A model generated the notes under the pieces. It was given only the letters and a program-made list of their open reading frames with translations. It did no database searches and was not told the DNA's origin. A DNA stretch of 64,000 nt, taken from Aquificaceae bacterium. Its GTDB lineage: Bacteria > Aquificota > Aquificia > Aquificales > Aquificaceae. The DNA is taken from NCBI GenBank assembly GCA_037925075.1, contig JAXSNR010000001.1, positions 672,001-736,000 on the forward strand, given 5' to 3'. The translations under genes were made by a program, and so were the position numbers. Below, one piece after another: positions 37,772 to 46,938 of the stretch. How positions within the stretch are numbered: position 1 is the first letter of the stretch; each line of letters opens with the position of its first letter.

Positions 37772-38341
37772 ATGAAGGTGCTTGCTAAAAAATATATAAG
37801 AAAAAGACTTATAAATAAGAGAGAGGCTCTTACAGAAGAAGAAAGGAAAAGGTTATCAGAAGGCATAGTAAAAAACCTTCTAAGCCTAAGGTCCTTAATG
37901 GAAGCGGACAAGGTCCTTATGTTCTGTCCTCATAGGGGAGAGCCTGACATTACGCCCCTATTCTCTTGGGCTTTGCAAAAGGGTAAAATCCTCCTGCTTC
38001 CAAAGGTGGAAGGTCAGGAGCTAAAGCTTATAAGGGTTGAGGACTATACAAACCTGAGCCCTGGTGCCTTTTGCATACTTGAGCCCTTAGAAGGCGATGA
38101 GGTTAGTCCAGAAGAGGTAGGCCTCTCCCTTATACCGGGAGTAGCCTTTGACAAGGAGGGATACCGTATAGGTTATGGGAAAGGATACTACGACAGGCTT
38201 TTGGGGAGGATAGGGGGGCTGAGGGTGGGAGTTTGCTACGAGTTTCAAATCTTAGAGGAGGTGCCAAGGGATGACTGGGATATGCCTGTTGACCTCGTGG
38301 TCACAGAGGAAAAAATCTATCAAGGAGGTAAGGAAAAATGA
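37772..38341 (+). CDS. ygfA: 5-formyltetrahydrofolate cyclo-ligase
   Basis: PGVAFD..G.RIGYGKGYYDR, WD.PVD.VVTE. Confidence 0.93.
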   Translation: MKVLAKKYIRKRLINKREALTEEERKRLSEGIVKNLLSLRSLMEADKVLMFCPHRGEPDITPLFSWALQKGKILLLPKVEGQELKLIRVEDYTNLSPGAFCILEPLEGDEVSPEEVGLSLIPGVAFDKEGYRIGYGKGYYDRLLGRIGGLRVGVCYEFQILEEVPRDDWDMPVDLVVTEEKIYQGGKEK

Positions 38342-40077
38342 GCGTGGAAATGTTTCTCGTTGTGGTTTTTTTAGTCCTGATATTTGGAGCGATTGTAGGT
38401 TTTATCCTTCTTTCAAGGAAAGGATCAGGTGCCTCACCTACCTTGGAGGCTTTCAAAGAGATTGAGGAGAAGAAAAGGACCGCGGAGCTTATAGTCTCAA
38501 AGGCTAAGGAAGAGGCTCAGGAGATACTAAAGAAGGCTCAAGCGGAAGCAAGGGAGATAAGACTAAGCTCAGAGAGGGAAGCTGAGAAGATAGTCAGGCT
38601 CGCCCAAGAGGAAGCGGATAGGTTAAGGGCAACTCTCAAAGAGGAAACGGAAAAGATAAGAAAAGACCTTGATAAGAAAAGCAGGGAGATGGAGGAATAC
38701 CTCTTAGAGAGAAAGCAGGAGATCCAAAAGCTGGAGCAAGCGCTCCAACACCGCGAGGCAAATTTGGAAAGAAGGGTTCAGGCTTTAGAAAGGCGTGAGG
38801 AAGAGCTCTACAGAAGAGAAAGGGAAATAAGGGAGATGGAAAGGCAAATAGACCAAGCCCAGAGGGATTTACAACTCAAGCTAAAAGACCTTGAGGAAAG
38901 GGAAAGGGAAATAGAAGCCCTCAGGAACAGAGAGCTTATTGAACTCCAGAAGATAGCTAGCATGACCCTTGAGGAGGCAAGAAGGGAGCTACTGAAAAAA
39001 GTGGAAGAGGAAGCAAAGGCGGAAGCCATAAGGCTTATGAAACGCATAGAAGATGAGGCTAGGGAAAGGGCTGAGTTTGAGGCAAAAAAGGTGATAACCA
39101 CCGCGGTTCAAAGGCTCTCTTCTGAGATAGCCATAAACTACACAACAACAACGTTAGAGCTTCCCAACAACGAGTTTAAGGGAAGAATAATAGGAAGAGA
39201 GGGAAGGAACATAAGGACCTTTGAGCTACTAACGGGCGTTGACCTTATCATAGACGACACACCAGATATAGTCACCATATCCTCCTTTGATCCTATGAGA
39301 AGGGAATTGGCGAGGGAAGCTCTTGAAAGGCTAATACAGGACGGAAGGATTCACCCAGCAAGGATAGAGGAAGTTGTTGCAGAGGTCAAGAAGGAAATGG
39401 ATGAGAAGATAAGGAAGATGGGAGAGGAAGCTTGTATGGAGCTTGATCTTTACGACGTGAACCCGGGGCTTTACTACTACATAGGCAAGCTCTATTACAG
39501 GACAAGCTACTCACAGAATGTGCTTCTTCACTCAAAGGAGGTGGCCTACATAGCTGGCATGATGGCGGAGGAGCTCGGGCTTGATGCCAAGATGGCAAGA
39601 AGGGCTGGGCTCTTGCACGATGTGGGCAAAGCCATATCCCACGAGTTGGGAGGATCTCATACAGACATAGGTATAGAGCTTTGCAAGCGTTATGGAGAAC
39701 CGGACCCAGTTTTGAACGCCATAAAGGCACACCACAACGAAGAGCCTGTGAGATACCCGGAGGTTGCCCTTGTGTGTGCTGCTGACGCTTTATCGGCCGC
39801 AAGACCGGGGGCAAGAAGAGAGAGCTTAGAAGCATACCTCAAAAGGCTTGAAAAGTTAGAGGAGATAGTAAAGTCCTTTAAGGGAGTGCAAAACGCCTAT
39901 GCGGTGCAGGCAGGGAGAGAGGTAAGGGTGATAGTCAGTCCAGAAGAAATAAGCGACGAAGAAGCTTACATGCTTTCCAAGAACATAGCCAGGAAGATAG
40001 AAGAGGAGATGCAGTTTCCTGGGCAGATAAAGGTGGTGGTCATAAGGGAGACAAGACATGTGGAATACGCCAAGTGA
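38338..40077 (+). CDS. rny: Ribonuclease Y
   Basis: TM, coiled coil, KGRIIGREGRNIR KH domain, LHDVGK HD domain. Confidence 0.97.
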   Translation: MSVEMFLVVVFLVLIFGAIVGFILLSRKGSGASPTLEAFKEIEEKKRTAELIVSKAKEEAQEILKKAQAEAREIRLSSEREAEKIVRLAQEEADRLRATLKEETEKIRKDLDKKSREMEEYLLERKQEIQKLEQALQHREANLERRVQALERREEELYRREREIREMERQIDQAQRDLQLKLKDLEEREREIEALRNRELIELQKIASMTLEEARRELLKKVEEEAKAEAIRLMKRIEDEARERAEFEAKKVITTAVQRLSSEIAINYTTTTLELPNNEFKGRIIGREGRNIRTFELLTGVDLIIDDTPDIVTISSFDPMRRELAREALERLIQDGRIHPARIEEVVAEVKKEMDEKIRKMGEEACMELDLYDVNPGLYYYIGKLYYRTSYSQNVLLHSKEVAYIAGMMAEELGLDAKMARRAGLLHDVGKAISHELGGSHTDIGIELCKRYGEPDPVLNAIKAHHNEEPVRYPEVALVCAADALSAARPGARRESLEAYLKRLEKLEEIVKSFKGVQNAYAVQAGREVRVIVSPEEISDEEAYMLSKNIARKIEEEMQFPGQIKVVVIRETRHVEYAK

Positions 40078-42598
40078 TGAAGAGCTTACCCCCATGCTTT
40101 CCCAGTACCATCACTTTAAAAAGCAGTATAAAGACTGTCTTCTCTTTTTCCGCCTTGGTGACTTTTACGAACTTTTCTACGAGGATGCGGAAGCGGGGTC
40201 AAGGGAGTTGGGGCTTGTGCTTACCTCAAGGCCCGCCGGGAAAGGAAAAGAAAGGATACCCATGTGTGGTGTTCCCTACCACTCCGCAAGCTCTTACATC
40301 TCAAAGCTTGTATCCAGAGGCTATAAGATAGCCATATGTGAGCAGTTGGAGGGTGCCTCGCAGGCTAAGGGATTGGTAAGGAGGGATGTTATAAGGATTA
40401 TAACCCCGGGGACTTACTTTGAGAAAGAGGGTTGTGGGCTTTCAAGCCTGCTAAAGCAAGGAAGCCTTTACCTGTGTGCTTATCTGAACCCTGCTACTGG
40501 TGAGTTTGTAGGTGGAAGCTTTGACCTTGCGGGTGCAAAGGAGTTTATCCTTAAATTCTCACCAAAAGAGCTTTTGATTTCTCAAGGTCTTTCTTTTGAG
40601 ATAAAGGAGTTGGAACTTTTTAAAAGCACGGTAGAAGAAGAGTACTTCCATGAAGGACTTAGGCTTCTCTTTGAAGATATGAAGATATACAGTGCTAGGG
40701 GTCTTGGCTTTCAGAGGGAAGAGGAGCTTTTGCCCTTTGGTGGGCTTTACATGTATCTAAAAACCACTCAAAAATCCTTTTTGCCTTTTGTGGCGAGGCC
40801 AAAACCTTACGTAGGAGAAGGCTATGTGCGTATAGACCACAGAACATGCAGAGGGCTTGAACTCTTAGAGTCCTACGAAGGCTCAGAAAGGTACTCTCTC
40901 TTTGGGGTGATAAACAGAACGCTAACCGGTATGGGAAGGAGAAGGCTAAGGTTTCATGTGTTGCATCCCTTCAGAAAAAGGGAAGACATACAAAAGGTAC
41001 AGGATGCGGTGGAAGAGCTCTACAAAAATAGAGAGCTTTTGAAGGCACTTAGGGAGAGCCTAAAGGGCATGCCAGACTTAGAAAGGCTTATAACCAAGAT
41101 AAGCGGTAGTATTTCCACACCAAAGGACTTGGTGCATGTAAAGAAGGCTCTGGAGTCTTTGGAAAAGATAAAAGAGCTTCTAAGGGAGGCAGGCTCGCAA
41201 GCCCTAAAAGAGGTGCACGAGGGACTTTTGGAGCTTTCCGAACTTAGGGAGGACATTGAAAAAACCCTTGTGGATGATCCACCCATCCACTTGAAAGAAG
41301 GCGGTCTTATAAGGGATGGCGTCAGCCCAGACCTTGACCAACTTCGTTACTACAGGGACAACGCCCAAAGGCTCATAGATGAGTATGAGGCAAAGCTAAG
41401 GAAGGAAACGGGTATTCAAAGCCTGAAGATAGGCTTCAATCGGGTGATGGGATACTACATAGAGGTTACAAAGCCAAACCTTAGGCATGTGCCCCCTTAC
41501 TTTCGCAGGCGTCAGACCCTCTCAAACGCAGAAAGGTTTACGGCAGATTACCTACAAGACCTTGAAGAGAAAATCCTTTCAGCTCAGAGCAGAATAAACA
41601 GCCTTGAGTACGAGCTTTTTATGGCTTTGAGGGAAAGGGTCTTAAGCAAAATAGAGGACTTGGCACATGACGCAAGGCTTATAGGATGGCTCGATTACCT
41701 TCAGTCCTTGGCTACAATAGCCTTGGAAAAGGGATGGGTAAGGCCCCAAATGGTGGAGGAAAAGGTTCTGTACATAGAAGAGGGAAGGCATCCCGTTATA
41801 GAGGAGTTTGTGAAAATCTACTGTCCCAACGACACCCACATGGACCAGGAGAACCTTCTTTTTATCATAACCGGTCCCAACATGGCGGGAAAGTCCAGCT
41901 ACATAAGACAGACTGCAATTCTCACCCTTCTGGCTCACATGGGCTCCTTTTTGCCTTGCAAATCAGCAAAGGTTGGGTTTGTATCTTCTATACATGCACG
42001 CATAGGCTCCGGAGACATACTTGCCCTTGGGGTTTCCACCTTTATGAACGAAATGCTTGAGGTTTCTAACATCCTTCATAACACCGATGAAAAAAGCCTT
42101 ATAGTGCTTGATGAGGTGGGAAGGGGGACATCCACCTACGATGGCATAGCCATAAGCAGGGCTATAGTGGAATACATACTGGAGAACATAAGGGCAAGAA
42201 CCCTTATAGCAACGCATTTTCTTGAACTTACCGAGATAAACAAAAGGGGCGTCAAAAACTACCATATGGCGGTAAGCAAAGAGGGAGAGGAGATAAACTT
42301 TTTGTATCTTTTAAAACCCGGTAGGGCGGAAGGAAGCTTTGGAGTGAGGGTAGCAAAGAAAGCAGGACTGCCACAAAAGGTTATAAAAAGGGCTGAGGAA
42401 ATCCTAAGAGAATTGGAGCTATCAAAGACCTTGCCCATGTTGGAAAAGGTGTATGAGGAAAGCCAAAGACAGGAGGAAAACCAAGTTTTAGAAGAGCTTC
42501 TGGACCTTGATATTGCAAACTTAACACCCTTGCAGGCCCTTATAAAACTGGCGGAGTTGAAGGAAAAGGCACTCAACCTAAAAAGGTCAAAGGCTTAG
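40058..42598 (+). CDS. mutS: DNA mismatch repair protein MutS
   Basis: GDFYELF, TGPNMAGKS, STFM.EM, DEVGRGTST. Confidence 0.97.
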   Translation: MWNTPSDEELTPMLSQYHHFKKQYKDCLLFFRLGDFYELFYEDAEAGSRELGLVLTSRPAGKGKERIPMCGVPYHSASSYISKLVSRGYKIAICEQLEGASQAKGLVRRDVIRIITPGTYFEKEGCGLSSLLKQGSLYLCAYLNPATGEFVGGSFDLAGAKEFILKFSPKELLISQGLSFEIKELELFKSTVEEEYFHEGLRLLFEDMKIYSARGLGFQREEELLPFGGLYMYLKTTQKSFLPFVARPKPYVGEGYVRIDHRTCRGLELLESYEGSERYSLFGVINRTLTGMGRRRLRFHVLHPFRKREDIQKVQDAVEELYKNRELLKALRESLKGMPDLERLITKISGSISTPKDLVHVKKALESLEKIKELLREAGSQALKEVHEGLLELSELREDIEKTLVDDPPIHLKEGGLIRDGVSPDLDQLRYYRDNAQRLIDEYEAKLRKETGIQSLKIGFNRVMGYYIEVTKPNLRHVPPYFRRRQTLSNAERFTADYLQDLEEKILSAQSRINSLEYELFMALRERVLSKIEDLAHDARLIGWLDYLQSLATIALEKGWVRPQMVEEKVLYIEEGRHPVIEEFVKIYCPNDTHMDQENLLFIITGPNMAGKSSYIRQTAILTLLAHMGSFLPCKSAKVGFVSSIHARIGSGDILALGVSTFMNEMLEVSNILHNTDEKSLIVLDEVGRGTSTYDGIAISRAIVEYILENIRARTLIATHFLELTEINKRGVKNYHMAVSKEGEEINFLYLLKPGRAEGSFGVRVAKKAGLPQKVIKRAEEILRELELSKTLPMLEKVYEESQRQEENQVLEELLDLDIANLTPLQALIKLAELKEKALNLKRSKA

Positions 42599-42619
42599 TG
42601 GGTTAAAATAATAAGCTTA

Positions 42620-44212
42620 ATGAAAAAGGCCCTTATACTTGGCAGTGGTCCAAACCGTATAGGTCAGGGTATAGAGTTTGATTACGCTTGCGTGCATGCG
42701 GTCTTTGCCCTCAGAGAACAGGACATAAAGACCATAATGGTTAATTGCAACCCAGAGACCGTTTCCACCGACTACGATACCGCGGATAGCCTTTACTTTG
42801 AGCCAGTAGTATTAGAAAACGTGCTTGAGGTCATAAGAAGAGAAAAGCCCAATGGTGTATTTCTTCAGTTTGGGGGTCAAACTCCTCTTAAGCTATCTCT
42901 TCCCCTCAAGGAGTTGGGCATAAACATACTGGGAACTTCTCCAGAAAGCATAGATATGGCGGAGGACAGGGAGCTTTTCAGAGGGTTGGTGGAAAGCTTG
43001 GGAATAAAACAGCCACCAAGCGGGACCGCAAGAACAAAGGAAGAGGCCCTTAGGATTGCAGAGGAGCTTACCTTTCCTGTGCTTGTGAGACCTTCCTACG
43101 TGCTAGGCGGTAGGGCTATGAGGATAGTATATGACAGGGATGAACTTTTGCAGTACCTTGAGGAGGCGGTAAGCGTAAGCTTTGAAAGGCCCATACTTAT
43201 AGACAAGTACCTTTCTGACAGCGTGGAGGTGGATGTGGATGCCATAGGAGACGGTGAGGACTACCTTATAGGTGCGGTGATGGAGCATATAGAAGAGGCG
43301 GGCGTCCATTCGGGAGACAGTGCCGCAAGCATACCACCCTACAGCCTTTCTGAGGAGGTGGTAGAGGAGATAAAAAGACAGTCCAAGCTCATAGCAAAAG
43401 CTCTAAAGGTAAAAGGGCTTGTGAACCTTCAGTTTGCGGTAAAGGATGGAGAGGTTTATGTGCTTGAGGTAAACCCAAGGGCTTCAAGGACCGTGCCCTT
43501 TGTAAGTAAAACCATAGGCTACCCTCTGGCAAAGCTCTCCGCTTTGGTGGGCGTAGGGAAAAAGTTGAGACAGCTAGTGCCGGAGGTATTTGAAAGGCTT
43601 GAAAAGGGGCAGGCACACTTAGCCAGCGACTTTATGAAGGCGGACAAGAAAATATACTCGGTCAAAGAGGTGGTCTTTCCTTGGAACAGGTTTCCAGAAG
43701 AAGACCCAGTGCTTGGTCCTGAGATGAAAAGCACGGGTGAGGTTATGGGTATTGCGGAAGACTTTGGCCTTGCCTACTACAAGGCACAGCTCTCCGCAGG
43801 AAATAGGCTACCTCTAACGGGTAGAGTTTTTATAAGCGTGGCGGACAGGGACAAGCCAAAGGTTGTGGACCTGGCGATGGGTTTTCTCGAGCTTGACTTT
43901 GAAGTCTATGCCACCAGTGGCACATATAGGTTTTTGAAGGAAAAAGGGCTAAGGGTAAAGCATGTGCTAAAGGTATCCGAAGGAAGGCCCAATGTGGTAG
44001 ATATGATAAAAAACCAAGAAATACAGCTTATCATAAATACACCTACTGGCAGAAGAGAAAGAAGCGATGCTTATCATATCAGAAGGTCTGCAGTGCAGTA
44101 TCACATACCCTACACCACCACGGTAAGGGGAGGGTATGCCATGCTTGAAGCCGTAAGGAGTTACATAAAGCACGGGGGCAAGCTAAAAGTTTATGCCCTT
44201 CAGGACCTATGA
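42620..44212 (+). CDS. carB: Carbamoyl-phosphate synthase large chain, C-terminal half (split carB)
   Basis: Begins at GSGPNRIGQGIEFDY; one ATP-grasp plus MGS domain. Confidence 0.93.
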   Translation: MKKALILGSGPNRIGQGIEFDYACVHAVFALREQDIKTIMVNCNPETVSTDYDTADSLYFEPVVLENVLEVIRREKPNGVFLQFGGQTPLKLSLPLKELGINILGTSPESIDMAEDRELFRGLVESLGIKQPPSGTARTKEEALRIAEELTFPVLVRPSYVLGGRAMRIVYDRDELLQYLEEAVSVSFERPILIDKYLSDSVEVDVDAIGDGEDYLIGAVMEHIEEAGVHSGDSAASIPPYSLSEEVVEEIKRQSKLIAKALKVKGLVNLQFAVKDGEVYVLEVNPRASRTVPFVSKTIGYPLAKLSALVGVGKKLRQLVPEVFERLEKGQAHLASDFMKADKKIYSVKEVVFPWNRFPEEDPVLGPEMKSTGEVMGIAEDFGLAYYKAQLSAGNRLPLTGRVFISVADRDKPKVVDLAMGFLELDFEVYATSGTYRFLKEKGLRVKHVLKVSEGRPNVVDMIKNQEIQLIINTPTGRRERSDAYHIRRSAVQYHIPYTTTVRGGYAMLEAVRSYIKHGGKLKVYALQDL

Positions 44213-44733
44213 AGATAGTGCTCACAGGAGAGCCAGGCGTAGGTAAGACAACCTTGATAAAAAAGCTTGTAAGTTCACTGGGAGATAGAGCAATAGGCTT
44301 CTGGACAGAGGAAGTCAGAGACCCAAAGACAAAGAAACGTACCGGCTTTAGAATACGTACCACCGACGGCAAAAGCTTACTCTTTGCCAGCAAAACCTTT
44401 ACCTCAAAACATCTTGTGGGGTCATACGGTGTGAATGTGGAAAGGTTTGAAAGCCTTGCCCTTCCCATTCTTGAAAAAGCCCTACAAGAGGACAAGGTGG
44501 TGGTCGTGGATGAGGTGGGCAAGATGGAGCTTTTCTCAAAGGCTTTTAGAGACTTGGTGAGAAGGCTCATTTATGATCAGAAGAAAGATATGGTGATAAC
44601 CATACCCATAAGGGATGTGCATCCTCTTGTGGCGGAGATAAGAAGGCTTAGGGAGGCGGTTCTTTTGGAGGTAAGCAAGGACAACAGAGAGGGGCTTTTG
44701 GAGGACATTCTGAGCCTTCTTGACAGGGTTTGA
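44209..44733 (+). CDS. THEP1-type NTPase
   Basis: TGEPGVGKTT, GFWTEE, DEVGKMEL. Confidence 0.9.
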   Translation: MKIVLTGEPGVGKTTLIKKLVSSLGDRAIGFWTEEVRDPKTKKRTGFRIRTTDGKSLLFASKTFTSKHLVGSYGVNVERFESLALPILEKALQEDKVVVVDEVGKMELFSKAFRDLVRRLIYDQKKDMVITIPIRDVHPLVAEIRRLREAVLLEVSKDNREGLLEDILSLLDRV

Positions 44734-44749
44734 CTTTTTGGGATATAGT
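44720..44749 (+). promoter_or_regulatory. sigma70 promoter TTGACA-18-TATAGT
   Basis: Hexamers at 44720-44725 and 44744-44749; SD AAGGAGG before ATG 44785. Confidence 0.55.
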
Positions 44750-44784
44750 TTTAACCGTCCCTTCTGGGGCAAAGGAGGGTTGCT

Positions 44785-45051
44785 ATGAAAAAGGTTTTAG
44801 TTTTGGCTTCAATGCTTTCAGTTCTTGGCCTTTCCGTGCCCATAGACTTTTCTTTTGCGGGCAATGAGACAAACAAGCAGGTTGTGCAGGGAAAGGCTAA
44901 GGGAGTTGCAAATAAGGAAAAGAGTATAAGCAAGAAGACACGCAAAAAGATTGCTTACAAAAAACCACGCTACGCCAAAAACGTTAATAGGCCTCAGGAA
45001 GGTGAAAACCTGAAATTGGAGGGTATGATAAAGGACCTCAATGAACAGTGA
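44785..45051 (+). CDS. Small secreted Lys-rich hypothetical protein
   Basis: SD AAGGAGG; signal peptide ending SFA; basic low-complexity mature part. Confidence 0.6.
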   Translation: MKKVLVLASMLSVLGLSVPIDFSFAGNETNKQVVQGKAKGVANKEKSISKKTRKKIAYKKPRYAKNVNRPQEGENLKLEGMIKDLNEQ

Positions 45052-45790
45052 AGAGATAAGGCTTATAGAAGAGCTGAAGATAAGGCAGGGGGACACATGG
45101 CGTGTGCTTAAGATAATGAGCGAGTTTGTGCAAGGCTTTGATGCTTTATCTTCCATAGGTCCTGCCATAACCTTCTTTGGAAGTTCAAGGCTTGATGAAT
45201 CGGACCCCTATTACAAAATGGCATACAGAACTGCCTTTATGCTTGGAAGTCTTGGCTTTCATATAGTCACTGGTGGTGGCCCTGGCATAATGGAGGCAGC
45301 AAACCGAGGAGGAAAGGACGCAGGAACTTTTTCAGTGGGTCTAAACATCCAGATACCCACCGAGCAGGTCCCCAACCCCTATCAAAACATATCTTTGAAC
45401 TTCGACTACTTCTTTGTTAGAAAGGTGATGCTTTTAAGGTATTCCACCGCTTACCTTATATTTCCCGGTGGTTTTGGCACTCTTGACGAGCTTTTTGAAG
45501 CTCTAACTCTAATACAGACGGGTAAAAGCCCCAAATTTCCCATTGTTCTCTTTGGTTCCCAATACTGGAAGCCTCTTCTGGATTTTATGAAAAACACCAT
45601 GGCGGTTTACCGCACCATAGACCAAGAAGATATGGACCTTATATCTTTGTGCGACAGCCCAGAAGAGGCAGTGGAGCTAATATTGGATGAAATGCTTTCC
45701 CTTTACAGAAGGCTTGAAAAGGAGGAAGCTTTTAATCCCATGTTTGAGAGGTTAAGGAACATACTGTCTGGAGCGGGAGTCCTATCATGA
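45041..45790 (+). CDS. LOG family (TIGR00730-like) nucleotide phosphoribohydrolase
   Basis: TGGGPGIMEAANRG, FFVRK, PGGFGTLDE. Confidence 0.92.
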   Translation: MNSEEIRLIEELKIRQGDTWRVLKIMSEFVQGFDALSSIGPAITFFGSSRLDESDPYYKMAYRTAFMLGSLGFHIVTGGGPGIMEAANRGGKDAGTFSVGLNIQIPTEQVPNPYQNISLNFDYFFVRKVMLLRYSTAYLIFPGGFGTLDELFEALTLIQTGKSPKFPIVLFGSQYWKPLLDFMKNTMAVYRTIDQEDMDLISLCDSPEEAVELILDEMLSLYRRLEKEEAFNPMFERLRNILSGAGVLS

Positions 45791-46938
45791 GACTTCTTCA
45801 TATAGCAGACCTTCATGCGGGCAAAAGGCTCTACGACAAGATAAACAGAAACGAGGACCTTATGTATGCCCTTGAACAGGTAAAGAGGATATGCAAAGAG
45901 GAGAGGGTAAGCCTTCTTCTGATGGCTGGGGATATTTTTGACAAAAAAAGCCCTGACTTTGAGTCTCAGGGGTTGATGATGGAATTTCTAACGGAGATGA
46001 ACGCCCTCGGACTGCAGATTCTTCTCATAGCGGGAAACCACGACAGCTACGACTTTTTTAAAATATACACAAACCTAAAGAAACTTGCCAACATTCATGT
46101 TTTTGATAGACCCTACGCAAACCTTAAAGAAGCCATATTCCAATATGATCAGTTAAAAGTTGCCTGCCTCCCCTATCCCGATGAGAGGGTTTTGACCCAT
46201 TTTGACGAAGAAAGGCAAAGGAGCTACGCGGACAAGGTGGCAAAGTATATGAGTGCCCTTGCCCGTGAGGTAGAAGATGTACGCTATAGGGTCCTTATGG
46301 CACACCTAATGGTGGACAGAGCTCAGATAGCAGGCAGTGAGCTTCAGTCAAGCGTAAGCCCCTATTATGCAATAAAAGCAGAAACCATTCCAGACACTTT
46401 TCAGTATGTAGCCCTAGGTCATGTTCACAAAAACCAGAGAATAGAAGGCGTAGCCCCTAAGGTTTACTATTCAGGCAGCCTCTATCAGATGGATTTTTCA
46501 GAAAAGGGAGCGGAAAAGTTTGTAAATTTAGTGGTGCTTGAGGATGGGATGGCAAAGGTAACACCCATAAGGCTTGACCTCAAAAGGCACCTTTTGGAGA
46601 TAAGGCTAAAAGAAGGAGATATTATACAAAAAGCCCTTGAGCCCTTGGCTAAGGAAAACCTACTGTTAAAGGTTATAATGGAAGTTAAAATGTCAGACCC
46701 CTTTTACCAGCAGAAGAGGGATATGGTGGTCAAAATTCTTGGCGATAGGCTTGCAAGGCTTGAGATGGAGCCTGTGGGGAACCTTGGAGAGACAAGGGCA
46801 GAATTTAAAAGCTTTGACCTTCTTAATCTTTATGAAGAGTTCCACAAGTTCAGATATAAGTCAGAGCCACCAGAGGAACTAAAACACCTTTTGCAAAAAC
46901 TTTTGGATAGAGTTAGCCATGAGACCCATAAGGCTTGA
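45787..46938 (+). CDS. sbcD: SbcD/Mre11 nuclease
   Basis: DLH, GDIFD, GNHD, ALGHVH, YSGS. Confidence 0.93.
   Translation: MRLLHIADLHAGKRLYDKINRNEDLMYALEQVKRICKEERVSLLLMAGDIFDKKSPDFESQGLMMEFLTEMNALGLQILLIAGNHDSYDFFKIYTNLKKLANIHVFDRPYANLKEAIFQYDQLKVACLPYPDERVLTHFDEERQRSYADKVAKYMSALAREVEDVRYRVLMAHLMVDRAQIAGSELQSSVSPYYAIKAETIPDTFQYVALGHVHKNQRIEGVAPKVYYSGSLYQMDFSEKGAEKFVNLVVLEDGMAKVTPIRLDLKRHLLEIRLKEGDIIQKALEPLAKENLLLKVIMEVKMSDPFYQQKRDMVVKILGDRLARLEMEPVGNLGETRAEFKSFDLLNLYEEFHKFRYKSEPPEELKHLLQKLLDRVSHETHKA

Noticed and set aside
42620..44212. carB as a truncated pseudogene
   Set aside because: Clean domain-boundary start; split CarB is established in Aquifex-type genomes
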